A stretch of DNA of 64,000 nt from Spongospora subterranea f. sp. subterranea (Eukaryota), in contig JAUGWO010000067.1 in assembly GCA_049724395.1 (NCBI GenBank), positions 1 through 64,000 of the forward strand. Direction: 5' to 3'. Positions 1 through 10,309 of the stretch are shown piece after piece. Position 1 is the stretch's first letter. Every line of letters begins with the position of its first letter. Below the pieces are notes generated by a model that saw nothing but the letters and a program-made list of their open reading frames with translations, was not told the DNA's origin and did not search any database. Made by a program: the position numbers and the translations under genes.

Positions 1-528
1 AAATTCGAAAGCCGTGGTCTCTCTTATTATTGTGGATTTCACTAAAAATGGACAGTCTGAGGAGTATATAAAACCCGGTCCGCAGTTTCCTTAAACATGG
101 CTCACCACGGATTTTTTAATCAAGAACTACCATTAGAGCTGGTGGTTGGCCCGTTCCAGAATCGAGACATCTTTGGAGACGAATTTTAATCTTGTTTCAT
201 TAAAACACTCGTGGGAAATGTGTTATTTATTACATCACGAATGATAATAGCGCACAACACGTCATAACCAAGTCATAACATGCATTGATTACTATTCAAT
301 ATCTGCAGCAGCAATGTTGTCGTCTAAATCTCCTTTGAAAACGGTATCTTTGCGGTTGTAGTTTTGGGATGGCCTCGGTCATTTGACAATGAATGACGTG
401 GGAAGCATGAGTCAATTACAGTTGACGTTATCTGTTTATTCTACTCTGCATGTCATAAGTCATTCATCGCCAAATGGACGAGACCGTCCCCGACAATTTG
501 ACCGCATCCTTGACCGTTTTCAAGGGAG

Positions 529-1335
529 ATGATACTGTCAGCAGACGGCACCATCATGCTGCTGCAGAAACTGATAGTATTCAATGGACTCTGTCACTTG
601 GATTTTGCGTTCTGCACGCCATCATTGTTCGCCACTTACGAACACACTCTTCCTAGGTCGAGTGTTCCTGATGAAATCAAACTGAAAATCAAACCTGCTG
701 TCCAAGCACCCCAAAGCAGGTTCATCGACCTTTCTGAAGACAATTTCGACGTGACTGTTCGACGCGTATATGCACAATCAGTGATTCGTCAGCGATTGTC
801 GCCCGAAAACGTCCTGATTCCACTGGTCGTTTTTATTTCCGAACAGGCGTCTGTAAGAAATTCGGGATCAACAAACCCTTCTGGTTTGCGAAGGGCGACC
901 ATAGGCAGGGTCCGTCTGGCAACAGAAGAAATCGTTGCTGCCATCCAGGCAAACCCTCCCAGTCTTCCTGATCGAGCCGTAATTGGCGAGATAGCGACGA
1001 ATATTTGGTCGAGGACCAGGGCGCGAGCTGTCAATCCTGAACCAGTCGAGCAATTGCCGGCCAGCAACACATTCCGGCAGGCGATGCGATTGGACTACCT
1101 CAGAAGTTCACTTGAAAATCAGGATGCGGACGAATTCGCCCAAATCGTGTTGGGGGTCAATAGGACTGAACTTGTCACTGTGGAGGTGAATATCGCAAGC
1201 CTTCGATCCGCCCTGGGTTTGCCACCATATCCGTTGTTCGGAAACGATATATTTCATTCCGACGAACCCGTTCCGGCAGTTGTTGGACAAGACCTTAACG
1301 ACGTCGATCATGTCCTATCGGACGACGAAAATTAA
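529..1335 (+). CDS. Hypothetical protein, partner ORF convergent with the IS630/Tc1 transposase (true start may be the ATG at 474, with a frameshift near 645)
   Basis: 268-aa intronless ORF. Its stop overlaps the transposase stop in the shared TTAA at 1332-1335. No recognisable catalytic motif. Confidence 0.6.
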   Translation: MILSADGTIMLLQKLIVFNGLCHLDFAFCTPSLFATYEHTLPRSSVPDEIKLKIKPAVQAPQSRFIDLSEDNFDVTVRRVYAQSVIRQRLSPENVLIPLVVFISEQASVRNSGSTNPSGLRRATIGRVRLATEEIVAAIQANPPSLPDRAVIGEIATNIWSRTRARAVNPEPVEQLPASNTFRQAMRLDYLRSSLENQDADEFAQIVLGVNRTELVTVEVNIASLRSALGLPPYPLFGNDIFHSDEPVPAVVGQDLNDVDHVLSDDEN

Positions 1336-2390
1336 AGATAGACCCCAAACATTGATTTATTTAGCTCAGTGTGACCGTACCCACAGGAATTGTAAAATTT
1401 ATGACCAATATGTCTTAGATTCTTCGTACACATTGGCATAGCCACTTTTAGAACAGCCTCAGGGCAAACCCTGAACGTCAGATCAGCATGTTTCTTGAGC
1501 CACTGCTTTAAAAGTGCAAAACCTTGCTCAATAGGGTTCAACTGTGGCGAATAAGGAGGCAGGAACATGAGTTTCGCTCCTGATCTGTGTATGACCTGTT
1601 CCAATTCCCGATACATATGGATCTGTGCATTATCTAAGATAACAATGCTCCTTGGAAGTGGCCACGGATTCAACTTCGGAGCGACGATTTCCAGGAAAGC
1701 ATCATGGAACTTCTGGCGAGTGAACGTCCCTTCGGTGCATTTCCAAGAGAAAAATCCCTTTGTATCGAACGCGGCGAAAACAGAGACTCTGTTCCCTCGT
1801 TGAAACGGTTGGCGTACCAGAGCTGGCGTGTTGATCCTAGACCATCCATGACGACGCAAACAGTCGCGACCGTCTTTGCTCGTTTCGTCCAGGAAAACTA
1901 GTTGCTCAGGATATGAATAGATTCGCGAAAGCTTTTGATAAAATTCTCTGAGCTGTTCAGGAACGCTCTCGCGAGCGCGCTTTTCCAGGATTTTTCTGGA
2001 CACTTTAAGATCATGACGAAGGGCCCGGCAAATTGTCGCAGACGATATATTCGTCAGTTCGGGAAATCTGAGAGCCAGCTCCTCTTGGAGTTCTTCAATA
2101 TAGAAACAGGGATTGTTGACGATGAAGGTGTGCACATAGTCGTAAACCTCGGTGGGCCATCTGGCAGACCTTTGTCGAACAGCGTCATTAACGACATTAC
2201 CAGTCCTTTCAAACAGGGCAATCCAACCTTTGATGCTAGTTTTCCCAACACCAAGAAGAACGGAGACGTTCTCTATTGATGTAGAATAAACGTAATGCAG
2301 AACAATGCATCGCCAACGTAGATCTCGACTCCACATCCGTAATACCAATCTGATCAACCGCCCCGCAGTATTTCTACCGGGTAGGACCAA
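1332..2390 (-). mobile_element. IS630/Tc1/mariner-superfamily DD34E transposase, apparently intact
   Basis: N-terminal HTH-like region (SRDLRWRCI...VSVLLGVGKTSIKGW) and catalytic motifs VFLDET, ILDNAQIH, FLPPYSPQLNPIE, with 34 residues between the second D and the E. First ATG at 2336. Confidence 0.92.
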
Positions 2391-2844
2391 AGGATTAGTG
2401 CAGGTTTTGGGCTAGTTGAACTAGTCCAATCAGAGGGGAAATAGTAAAACATTGCAGGCCTGCACGTAATAGGCCGCTCTTTATTCAGAGAAGCAATGTT
2501 TTAACCAATTTTGGCAGTCAAACTGTCAAACTAAAAACCACCTCCGGTCAAACTAAAACCTTGCTCGGAATTTGGTGACCCCCCTCGGACTTTTTTAAAA
2601 CCACGCTCATTTAGCACTGGGAGCCCAAAATATATGAAACCCACAATATGTGTTCTATGTTAAGATTTAATACAATGAGAAGAATGCATTTCTGACAGCC
2701 GCTTGATAGCATGTGCCCCGCTTGAACAATTTCAAGAAAAAAATGAAGAAGTTGTGATAGTTTTCCCTTTGTAATTAGAAAACGTAATGGGAAAGACGAC
2801 AGCTTTCGAAGCTGCCTTCCACATAGCAGCAGCATTGAGATGTG

Positions 2845-3165
2845 GCCGGCCTGTTGTGTGAATTAACGGTGTTCGTCGCTGCATTATGTGAGAAACTGAA
2901 TCAGCTCTGTAGAAAGACACACTATGACTTTGAAATTTCAAATTTTGGGCCAGTTTTTAAACAATTTTGCAGGTTTTGGCCAGCTAGTGCGGCCAGTGAA
3001 TTCTGTCACACCCTAGTTAGAATGTGAATTAACTGGCCGCAATCGCTGGCCTGTTTTGATCAATCAGGCCAGTGAATGCGGCCGGTTAATTCACACCCTA
3101 CCAGCGGCCTACAGAAAACACTGGCCACACTGCGGCCAGTTAGTGCGGCCAGTGAATTATAGCCG
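2845..3165. repeat. Cluster of GCGGCCAG(T)/TGTGAATTAAC repeats including a 31-bp-arm inverted repeat (3023-3053 / 3065-3095); probable DNA-transposon terminal or subterminal repeats
   Basis: tgtgaattaactggccgcaatcgctggcctg pairs with caggccagtgaatgcggccggttaattcaca with 3 mismatches. tcacacccta occurs at 3006 and 3091. Confidence 0.65.
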
Positions 3166-3748
3166 CCCGTAAAATACTCCATAACCGCAGAACAGCGTCA
3201 TGTTGTGCCGCACTTTTTTTCTCAACATATTCGCTGATTTGTGTTGTCAGAGCAGATGGGATCAGGTGGCGCAACAACACGTTCGGGAGAGGGAGAGGTT
3301 GATATTGGCAATATTGAGGAACAAGTAATGCTTAAGTAGTAGAACCTGTACAGGCTTGAACCACCAGGATTTCTGCTGTTGATACAAGAGGCAAACGCCA
3401 TTCCGGTACTATCAGAATCAACAGGGAAGGGTCGCCTCAGGATGGGATCAGGCGGCACACACAACGCCTGCTCTTGGAAGTTCGCCTGAACCGCTTTTCC
3501 GTTCAGTGGTGTCACACCAGACTGTGGCAATCTAAGCAGTCGTTTCCATACAATTGTCATTAACCTCATTTACAGTATCAAACCTTTATCAAAGCCAAAT
3601 CATATTCAATTTCTAGCCAATCATATTTCTATATAACATCGTTTGCACTTTTGCAACATGAATTAAATTTGTTATTCCCACATTTTTCATTTCGACATTC
3701 TTAATTTCCATTTTATTGATTCTTGATTTATACCTATCACATTCACCT

Positions 3749-4509
3749 TTGATTTAGGAATGTGGATTTTGCCAATGATATTTATTGGTAAATTTCTAAC
3801 CTGTCCAGTGGGGGTTGTTGGCTTTGGAGCCGATCTTTTACGTGCTGACTTTGCAGTACGTGGCTCATGGGCCGTGTTTTTGGATTTAGCGTGCTTCTCT
3901 TTGAGAGCTTCCGCTTCCAGAACTGCAGTGACTGTGGCTTGTTGTTTAACCCACTTGGCCATGCCTTCAGACGTCAATGTGCTGATTGCCATTGATATTG
4001 TCTCGTTGTCGAATGCCTCCAGCAAATGTTTCTCTTCACTTTGTTCAAGAAGCAAAAAATTAATGGCGGCGTGGCTCAACTGGTCTTCTAACGAAGACTT
4101 TTGAGCTTTGAGGGCTTCGATGACCTCTGGTTTGATGAGCCTGTTTACGCTCTTCAGGAGCCTTCGTTAGAAGACCAGTTGAGTTACGCCGCCATTAAAT
4201 TTTTGCTTCTTAAACAACGTGAAGAGAAACATTTGCTGGAGGCATTCGACAACGAGACAATATCAATGGCAATCAGCACATTGACGTCTGAAGGCATGGC
4301 CAAGTGGGTTAAACAACAAGCCACAGTCACTGCAGTTCTGGAAGCGGAAGCTCTCAAAGAGAAGCACGCTAAATCCAAAAACACGGCCCATGAGCCAAGT
4401 ACTGCAACGTCAGCACGTAAAAGATCGGCTCCAAAGCCAACAACCCCCACTGGTCAGGTTAGAAAACCACCCATCAATATCATTGGCAAAATCCACATTC
4501 CTGAATCAA
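3749..4509. repeat. ~350-bp inverted duplication (3749-4099 / 4159-4509) at the 5' end of the Penelope-like element
   Basis: Nearly the same peptide (EEKHLLEAFDNETISMAIST...INIIGKIHIP) is encoded on the - strand at 3687-4079 and the + strand at 4101-4664. Spacer ~59 bp; arms differ by scattered substitutions. Confidence 0.95.
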
Positions 4510-6200
4510 TATATAAGTTTTTAGGGCTCGGCGCCAGTTTCTGCTGTGAACAGACGCAGAGGCAAAGCCAAATCGTTCGTGACCCGAAATGCGAAGAAAT
4601 GAGCCGTAGTGATAATCACCCTGCCTTCACATTGGAGCAAGAGGAAAAAATTACGATCCAATAAAATCACACAAGAGATGTTTCAGGAAATCCAGAAATT
4701 ATTCTCATTTCTAGTAGAAACCGCTAATTGCGACCCAAACCAACTGTGGGGATCTTTCTGGGAAGCTGATATTAAACAAGCGGAACTCTGTGTATCCCTG
4801 TTCAAAATGTCAACAGCAACTCAAACACAAATCCGCAAAAGAAACTGATTGACTTTCTTAACACTAGAGATCTTATCATCAAGCTAGCGGATAAAAATGC
4901 TGGACTCACCATCATGAAAAAATCCTGGTACGAGAACAAAATGGAAGAGCATTTGCCCAGCGTAGGCACATATCAAAGGATTGAACAATGTCCCAAATAC
5001 GATATCCTACGCGGATTGGCCCAATTTTGCGCAAAGTACAAAAAAGCAAAGTGAGATTCTGGTACAAGGAGAAGGACACTAAAATAGTGCCCCCTCTAAT
5101 TTATTTGATGCCTAAAATTCACAAAACACCAATCGGAATTCGTCCTATAATTCCAAGTCACAGCTGGTGCACAACCTGTGCTGCAAAATATCTGCACCGC
5201 AAGCTATATCCGATCCTGAAAAATCATAAATGGGTCATAACGGTATAGACTGGAACTCATTCAAGAGCTCGAACAAAAAAAGTTCGACTCGTCGATAGTG
5301 AAACTGGCTACCATTGATGTATTTAACCGCACTATATACGTTGATTGATCTAGAAAGAGGACTCAATATCGTCGCAATTATTCTAAATAATTGTGTCGAA
5401 GAATTCCAAATTCCATTCTATGGGTGTTAACTAACAACTATTTCCAATTCAAAGGAAACTGGTACCAGCAAAGCAAAGGAGCGGCAATGGGAGGTAACGA
5501 CCTCTGATAGTTTCGCTGATCTTGTCTTGGTAGCTTTAAAGAAACACATTCTTCCTAAAGTACCGAAAGAACCTAAAGCTTTCCTATACAGACGATATCG
5601 CGATGTTATTCTTATCGCGGTGGACTCTCTGAAAAGTGCAAACGCCATCACAGACCACCTGAATGAAGCCAACATGTTGACCCTCAACATGGAACAGTTT
5701 GGTGATAAAGTAAACTTTTTGGATATAACCATATCCTTTGGCGAAAAGTTCAGCATCAAACGACAATGGATTTCAAACCATTCAGGAAACCAACTGCGAA
5801 TAACACATTCACACACTACGCGACGTATAAACCAGAGACCACTAAAACTAGCTGGATCACTGTAGAACAAATACGTATGCTGAGGGCTTGCCAAACTGAA
5901 AAAAAAAATCAGTCAGCTATGCTCGAATATCAGAAAAATCTTCTAAAATCTGGCTACCCTAAACAAGTAATCAGGTCACAATGCAGATACAAATTTGCCG
6001 ATCGCAACTGGCTGATCGAAAAGACAGAAAAAAAGACCAGGTCTGGTTTTAAACTTGATAATTCAAGAATGGCCCACGAAAAATGGATTTTTATTCAAAA
6101 TAACTTTAAACCGTCATTGAAATTCCACAATGTTCAAATAACAGCCAAAAAAGGCAGCACCACAATGGATGCTTTGAATGTAGCAGCAAAAAGTATGATA
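4101..6200 (+). mobile_element. Penelope-like retroelement (PLE) reverse transcriptase, frameshifted and decayed
   Basis: PLE motifs across shifting frames: IPESIYKFLGLGASF, IIKLADKNAGLTIMKKSWY, IYLMPKIHKTPIGIRPIIPS, TIDV..LYT, NNYFQFKGNWYQQSKGAAMG, YRRYRDV (degenerate YxDD), NFLDITI, FRKPT...IRMLRAC, LLKSGYP. Confidence 0.88.
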
Positions 6201-6204
6201 AAAG

Positions 6205-7191
6205 CATCGTCGGAGGAATCCGACTCAGCGGCCAGACAGCAACTGGATCTTGCAAATAGATCATGGGTGCTGATCGTGTTCGAGCCAGCTGAACAAACGA
6301 CATGGACGAACGTTGGATCTCAGAAATGATCCATCAAGCGAATGTTCTTGGACTTAGGGCGCAATCTGGCTTCCAACGGGAGGCGTGGGATGCCGCCGTC
6401 AAAAGCATCGTGTTTTAGTATTGAATGGCAGTATCAGTTGAGAAGGGATGTTGATACAGTAAATAGAATCAAAAACCTGAGTGGGTTTGGATGGGATGAC
6501 CGTCGGTATCTGGCGACAGCACCTACTCTTGTCTGGGAGGAATACATCGCCGTATGGTGTTGAGGTCGTATCAGCAACCATATTTGATAACCACCGTTCA
6601 GGCACATCCGAGGTGTAGAAAATGGATGACATTGTTCCAGTTACTGCAGCAACTATTTGAAGATGTTATCGCAAAAACGGGGAATTCGCTTATTCTGCAG
6701 GCGCCGGAGCGTTATCGGATCAGGAGGATTCTATTTCCGCCGATGTTTCCGCAGATATTTCGTCAAACAGCAATTCGGGCTCTTCTGCATCGGAGAAGCG
6801 AACCCCGATTCGAGAAGTAATTATGACGTGTTCAGCCCCGACCATAAAAAAGCTTCAGACTCCAAAGTCTACATCCAGCGCGAACACATCCAAAAAACGT
6901 GCTGCTAAGAGCAAACAAAACGGGGCCATGGCTCTGGCGCAAGTAATGACCCAGGCAAATCTCTTGTCCCAGCAAGAGTTGGAGTTTTTCAAAACCAGCA
7001 ATGTATTTCGGAAAGAAAACTCGGACACGGTTGATGCGCTGGCGATTGTTGATGAACTGGAGATGACAGATGAAGAGCGCCTAGATGCTTACGATGTGAT
7101 CGCGGACGAAAAAAAGGCAACTCTGTTTATTCATATGAAACCAGCGATGCATCGGCGCCTGTGGCTGTTTAGACAGTTGAAGTGTATTTAA
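6205..7191 (+). mobile_element. Harbinger-associated Myb/SANT-like DNA-binding protein (decayed, intron-containing); 5' boundary approximate
   Basis: WT...SGFGWD...ATAPTLVWEEYIA | AHP..RKW and C-terminal ATLFIHMKPAMHRRLWL are typical of PIF/Harbinger ORF1. Convergent with the transposase. Confidence 0.8.
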
Positions 7192-7220
7192 ATTAGTCAT
7201 TAATTTTTCTATTGTCGCCG

Positions 7221-8389
7221 TCAGTGTCGTGCTAAATAGCTTTGGTGATCCTTGAACATCGTTTCAGCAATTTTGTCCCGAAACGCTCGCGCCTCAGCAC
7301 TGGCCTGGGAAGAACACGGTGACACGTTTTTAAGTTTAGATCGTTTGTTCGAAGGAATCATGCGGCCGCCGTGCAATCGGATAAAATTATGAACTGTACA
7401 CAGTGCAATTACGATATCGACTTGAAATCGGTACGGGTATTGCATTTGGGGCGACCGAAACAGGAAATCGATTTTTCAAAACTCCAAATATCCTCTCAAT
7501 GTAATTGCGCAAACTTGCGTGCCTGAGGTTAAAAAGCTCTTCCTTAGTCTGTGGCCTACAACAATAATTGAGTCTCGGTTCATAGAAAGTTCTAGACGTT
7601 CTCACTTCTGTGTTCCTTGTCCCCATTCGTGAAGATGATATCTCGTCCCTCTGTAGGGAATTAGCATGTACGGGGTCAACGCAAAACCAGCATCTCCCAG
7701 GTCGAAAACTTTCCTTGATCGACTCGGTAATCATTCATTAGAGCATTTTCAAGCAATTTGCCGTCCCCTGGCCGTGCCCTCCCAGCCAGCCAAGACGCAT
7801 GTGAATTGTAAATCAAAAGTGCAAGCAACCAACACATTCTGCGTTTTCGGCCTCGGAACCGTTGCGCAACATTGGCGGGAACAAATACAGGTAAATGAGT
7901 ACCATCTATGGCCATCCGACAATTGTCAAAATAAGGGCTGAATTTGGGATTTTTTTCGGATATTTTTCACAAGGAATCGCGGCATCTGCTTCCGGAAGCT
8001 TTATGTAAGTTGAAGCCAAAGCCACCAAACCTTTGACGACTGCGTATAAACGCCTAGAATAAAAAATGAAATATTGCTCTGAAGACTTATGGCAAAATTT
8101 ACCTAGTTATCGTCTCTCCCGAATGCTGAAATCTCTCCTGCATTTGCCTATTGGTTGCCCTTTGGCCCGCAAAATACAAGAACAGGACTACCTGCTCTTT
8201 GGAGGAAACATTACGAGTGGGTTGTAGTAGCCCAGATTCAACCAGCTTGTCCACCAATAATCGAAAAACGACTCGATCCATACGAACAACATGTTTTCTT
8301 CTGTGAGGATTGCCGTTCAAAAGTTCTTCAACCCAGCCTGCCCCTTTAAAACTGGAGGCATGGCTGGGCTGCTTGATCATTGGTCTCAA
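7221..8389 (-). mobile_element. PIF/Harbinger DDE transposase, frameshifted pseudogene
   Basis: GAGWVEELLNG...RMDRVVFRLL...EQVVLFLY...ERFQHSGETITR; AIDGTH; ELFNLRHASLRNYIERIFGVLKNRF; IVIALCTVHNFIR. Confidence 0.9.
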
Positions 8390-9371
8390 AACCGAATTAA
8401 TTGGTTTAGTTTTTAATCATATACGTCATCAGTCTGTTCAAAACAGAGTTGGTCTGGGTGGTTGGCTCCATCATAGCTTGTTGCTGGCTGAACAATACTT
8501 TAATCATGAGTTCTGTCAGTTCTGTCAATCGCCAAAATGCGCTGACGGCAGCGACCGACATTCCTTGTGCAAGTCTGGTCGCGCCATGTGAATGGTCATC
8601 AACGCAGTCTGCATATAATATGGACAAGGGCCCTGCACAAGCGACGACGAAACCTTTCCAATCGCACGTTCTACAGCGACGCCATCTCCACCGTTGCCTC
8701 GCTGTGCGAATGGAATGGCGCCAATCGCCCCGCCCAATCGGGCAGACAATCAGGCCGCGAAACGACGTCCAGGTGGCAGCATACATGCCCAGGTTTGAAT
8801 TATATGCCCGGAAGCCATCTGCGTTGGACTCAAATAACCAACAGGCTGGACGATTTTGTTGCCTAGACAGAAACGTCATGGTATCATGGGCGCCGTAAAT
8901 CCAAGGTCGCTGCAAAAGATGCAGCTAATACGATCGCAAGATTGTATGCATTTCTCTTCGCGGACGATGATAATCACCTTATCTGTGTTGTGAGGAACTG
9001 CCCCAAAACTTACCCACTTCGTAGTTTCACTGTTGTTGAACCTGGTGACCCGGCGGTGTCTCCCTCCTACGTCAATCGACAACACGCTGTGGTTGACATT
9101 GATGGTGGAGGAGTTTTCCCATTCAGATATGTGAAAATTTTAATGTATAATTTGGTCAGGTTAATACGCCAAACGTTTATAACGTGGATCTGTGGGAAAC
9201 AGATCTGGTCATTATCAACAACACAGGGAGCACATGTTTTCCGTTGTCCAAGCGTGGTCATCGCCGTCCTGTAGGCGAGTCATGATTCTGATTCCCCAAT
9301 ACAACCAATAGGATACTTACCACAAGTCCATCATTGATGTCGAAGAGAAATGTGACGTACTATATGATTAC

Positions 9372-9598
9372 AAATTAACCCAATGTATTCGGTTTTGAAA
9401 CAAATATGTATTAATCCGCTCCCAAATGTGCAAGGCAGTTTGCTGAGTGAAATCCTTGCACGGTTCTTGTGCGATGAAATACCAGTCGAGCGGGCTACGA
9501 TGGGCCTATTGTCAAGGAATTCACTCAGCAAACTGCCTGGCAGATTAGGATCGGATTAACTCATATTTGCTTTGAAACCGGACTTAGTTAGATTAAAT
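9372..9598. repeat. Diverged inverted repeat (~85-bp arms, 9372-9458 / 9513-9598)
   Basis: aggcagtttgctgagtgaaatccttg pairs with caaggaattcactcagcaaactgcct; similarity extends outward with mismatches. Confidence 0.8.
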
Positions 9599-10309
9599 AA
9601 TTTTCTACAGAATTTACGTCTTCAGTTTGTTCAGAACCGGGTGGTTTACTCTATAATGGCTTGTTGCTGGCTGACCAATACTTCTTGAGTGCGTTCTGTC
9701 AGTTCTGTTGATCGCCTGATGTCATTGCTGCCTGATGCATTGACGGAAGCGACCGAAATACCTCGCGAGAGGTTCGTGACTTATTTGACATCGGCCCTTC
9801 TTTTTGGGTCGCTTCCCATCGAGATCACAGCCGTCGACATCGCAACCGTCGCTGTTGCCGTTCACCGGGTTGTGATGCGGCATGGTAATACTACTGATTG
9901 ATTAGGAACACAATCTTCGTCCCTCTCATAAGTTTTGTCTGCCAAGACTTACAATTCAAGCAGTCATGAATCATGACTTGCGGGCCATTCCTTCTGGCAA
10001 CCGAAATGATTCACAAAAGCGTTCCCCAGCATTAAGGAAGGAAGCTGACTGCCCTTTCTCACAGTGTTCAGTAGAAACAGAACAGCAAAAGTATGCTCGG
10101 GTTGAAGAAAATTTCACTCAATTTTCGCCGCAGAAAACAAAAACAATTCAAATACACACTTGTATTACACCTGGACTAGAGCAGTTTTTGCTACACAGAC
10201 CTCGTGCCTCCTCTAGATTTCAGTAGATCTTGTTCATACCCACAAGGTAATTGGTCATTCAGGTCTGCTTCAACGGACAAACGGAAGGTGGATTTCCAAC
10301 AACAATTGA

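Noticed and set aside
529..1335. Fanzor/TnpB nuclease next to the IS630 transposase
   Set aside because: No RuvC catalytic motifs or CxxC zinc finger, and the ORF is too short.
4100..4160. Possible hammerhead ribozyme in the PLE inverted-repeat spacer (ttgatgagcctg...cagg)
   Set aside because: The core is not CUGAUGA and no GAAA follows the putative stem II.
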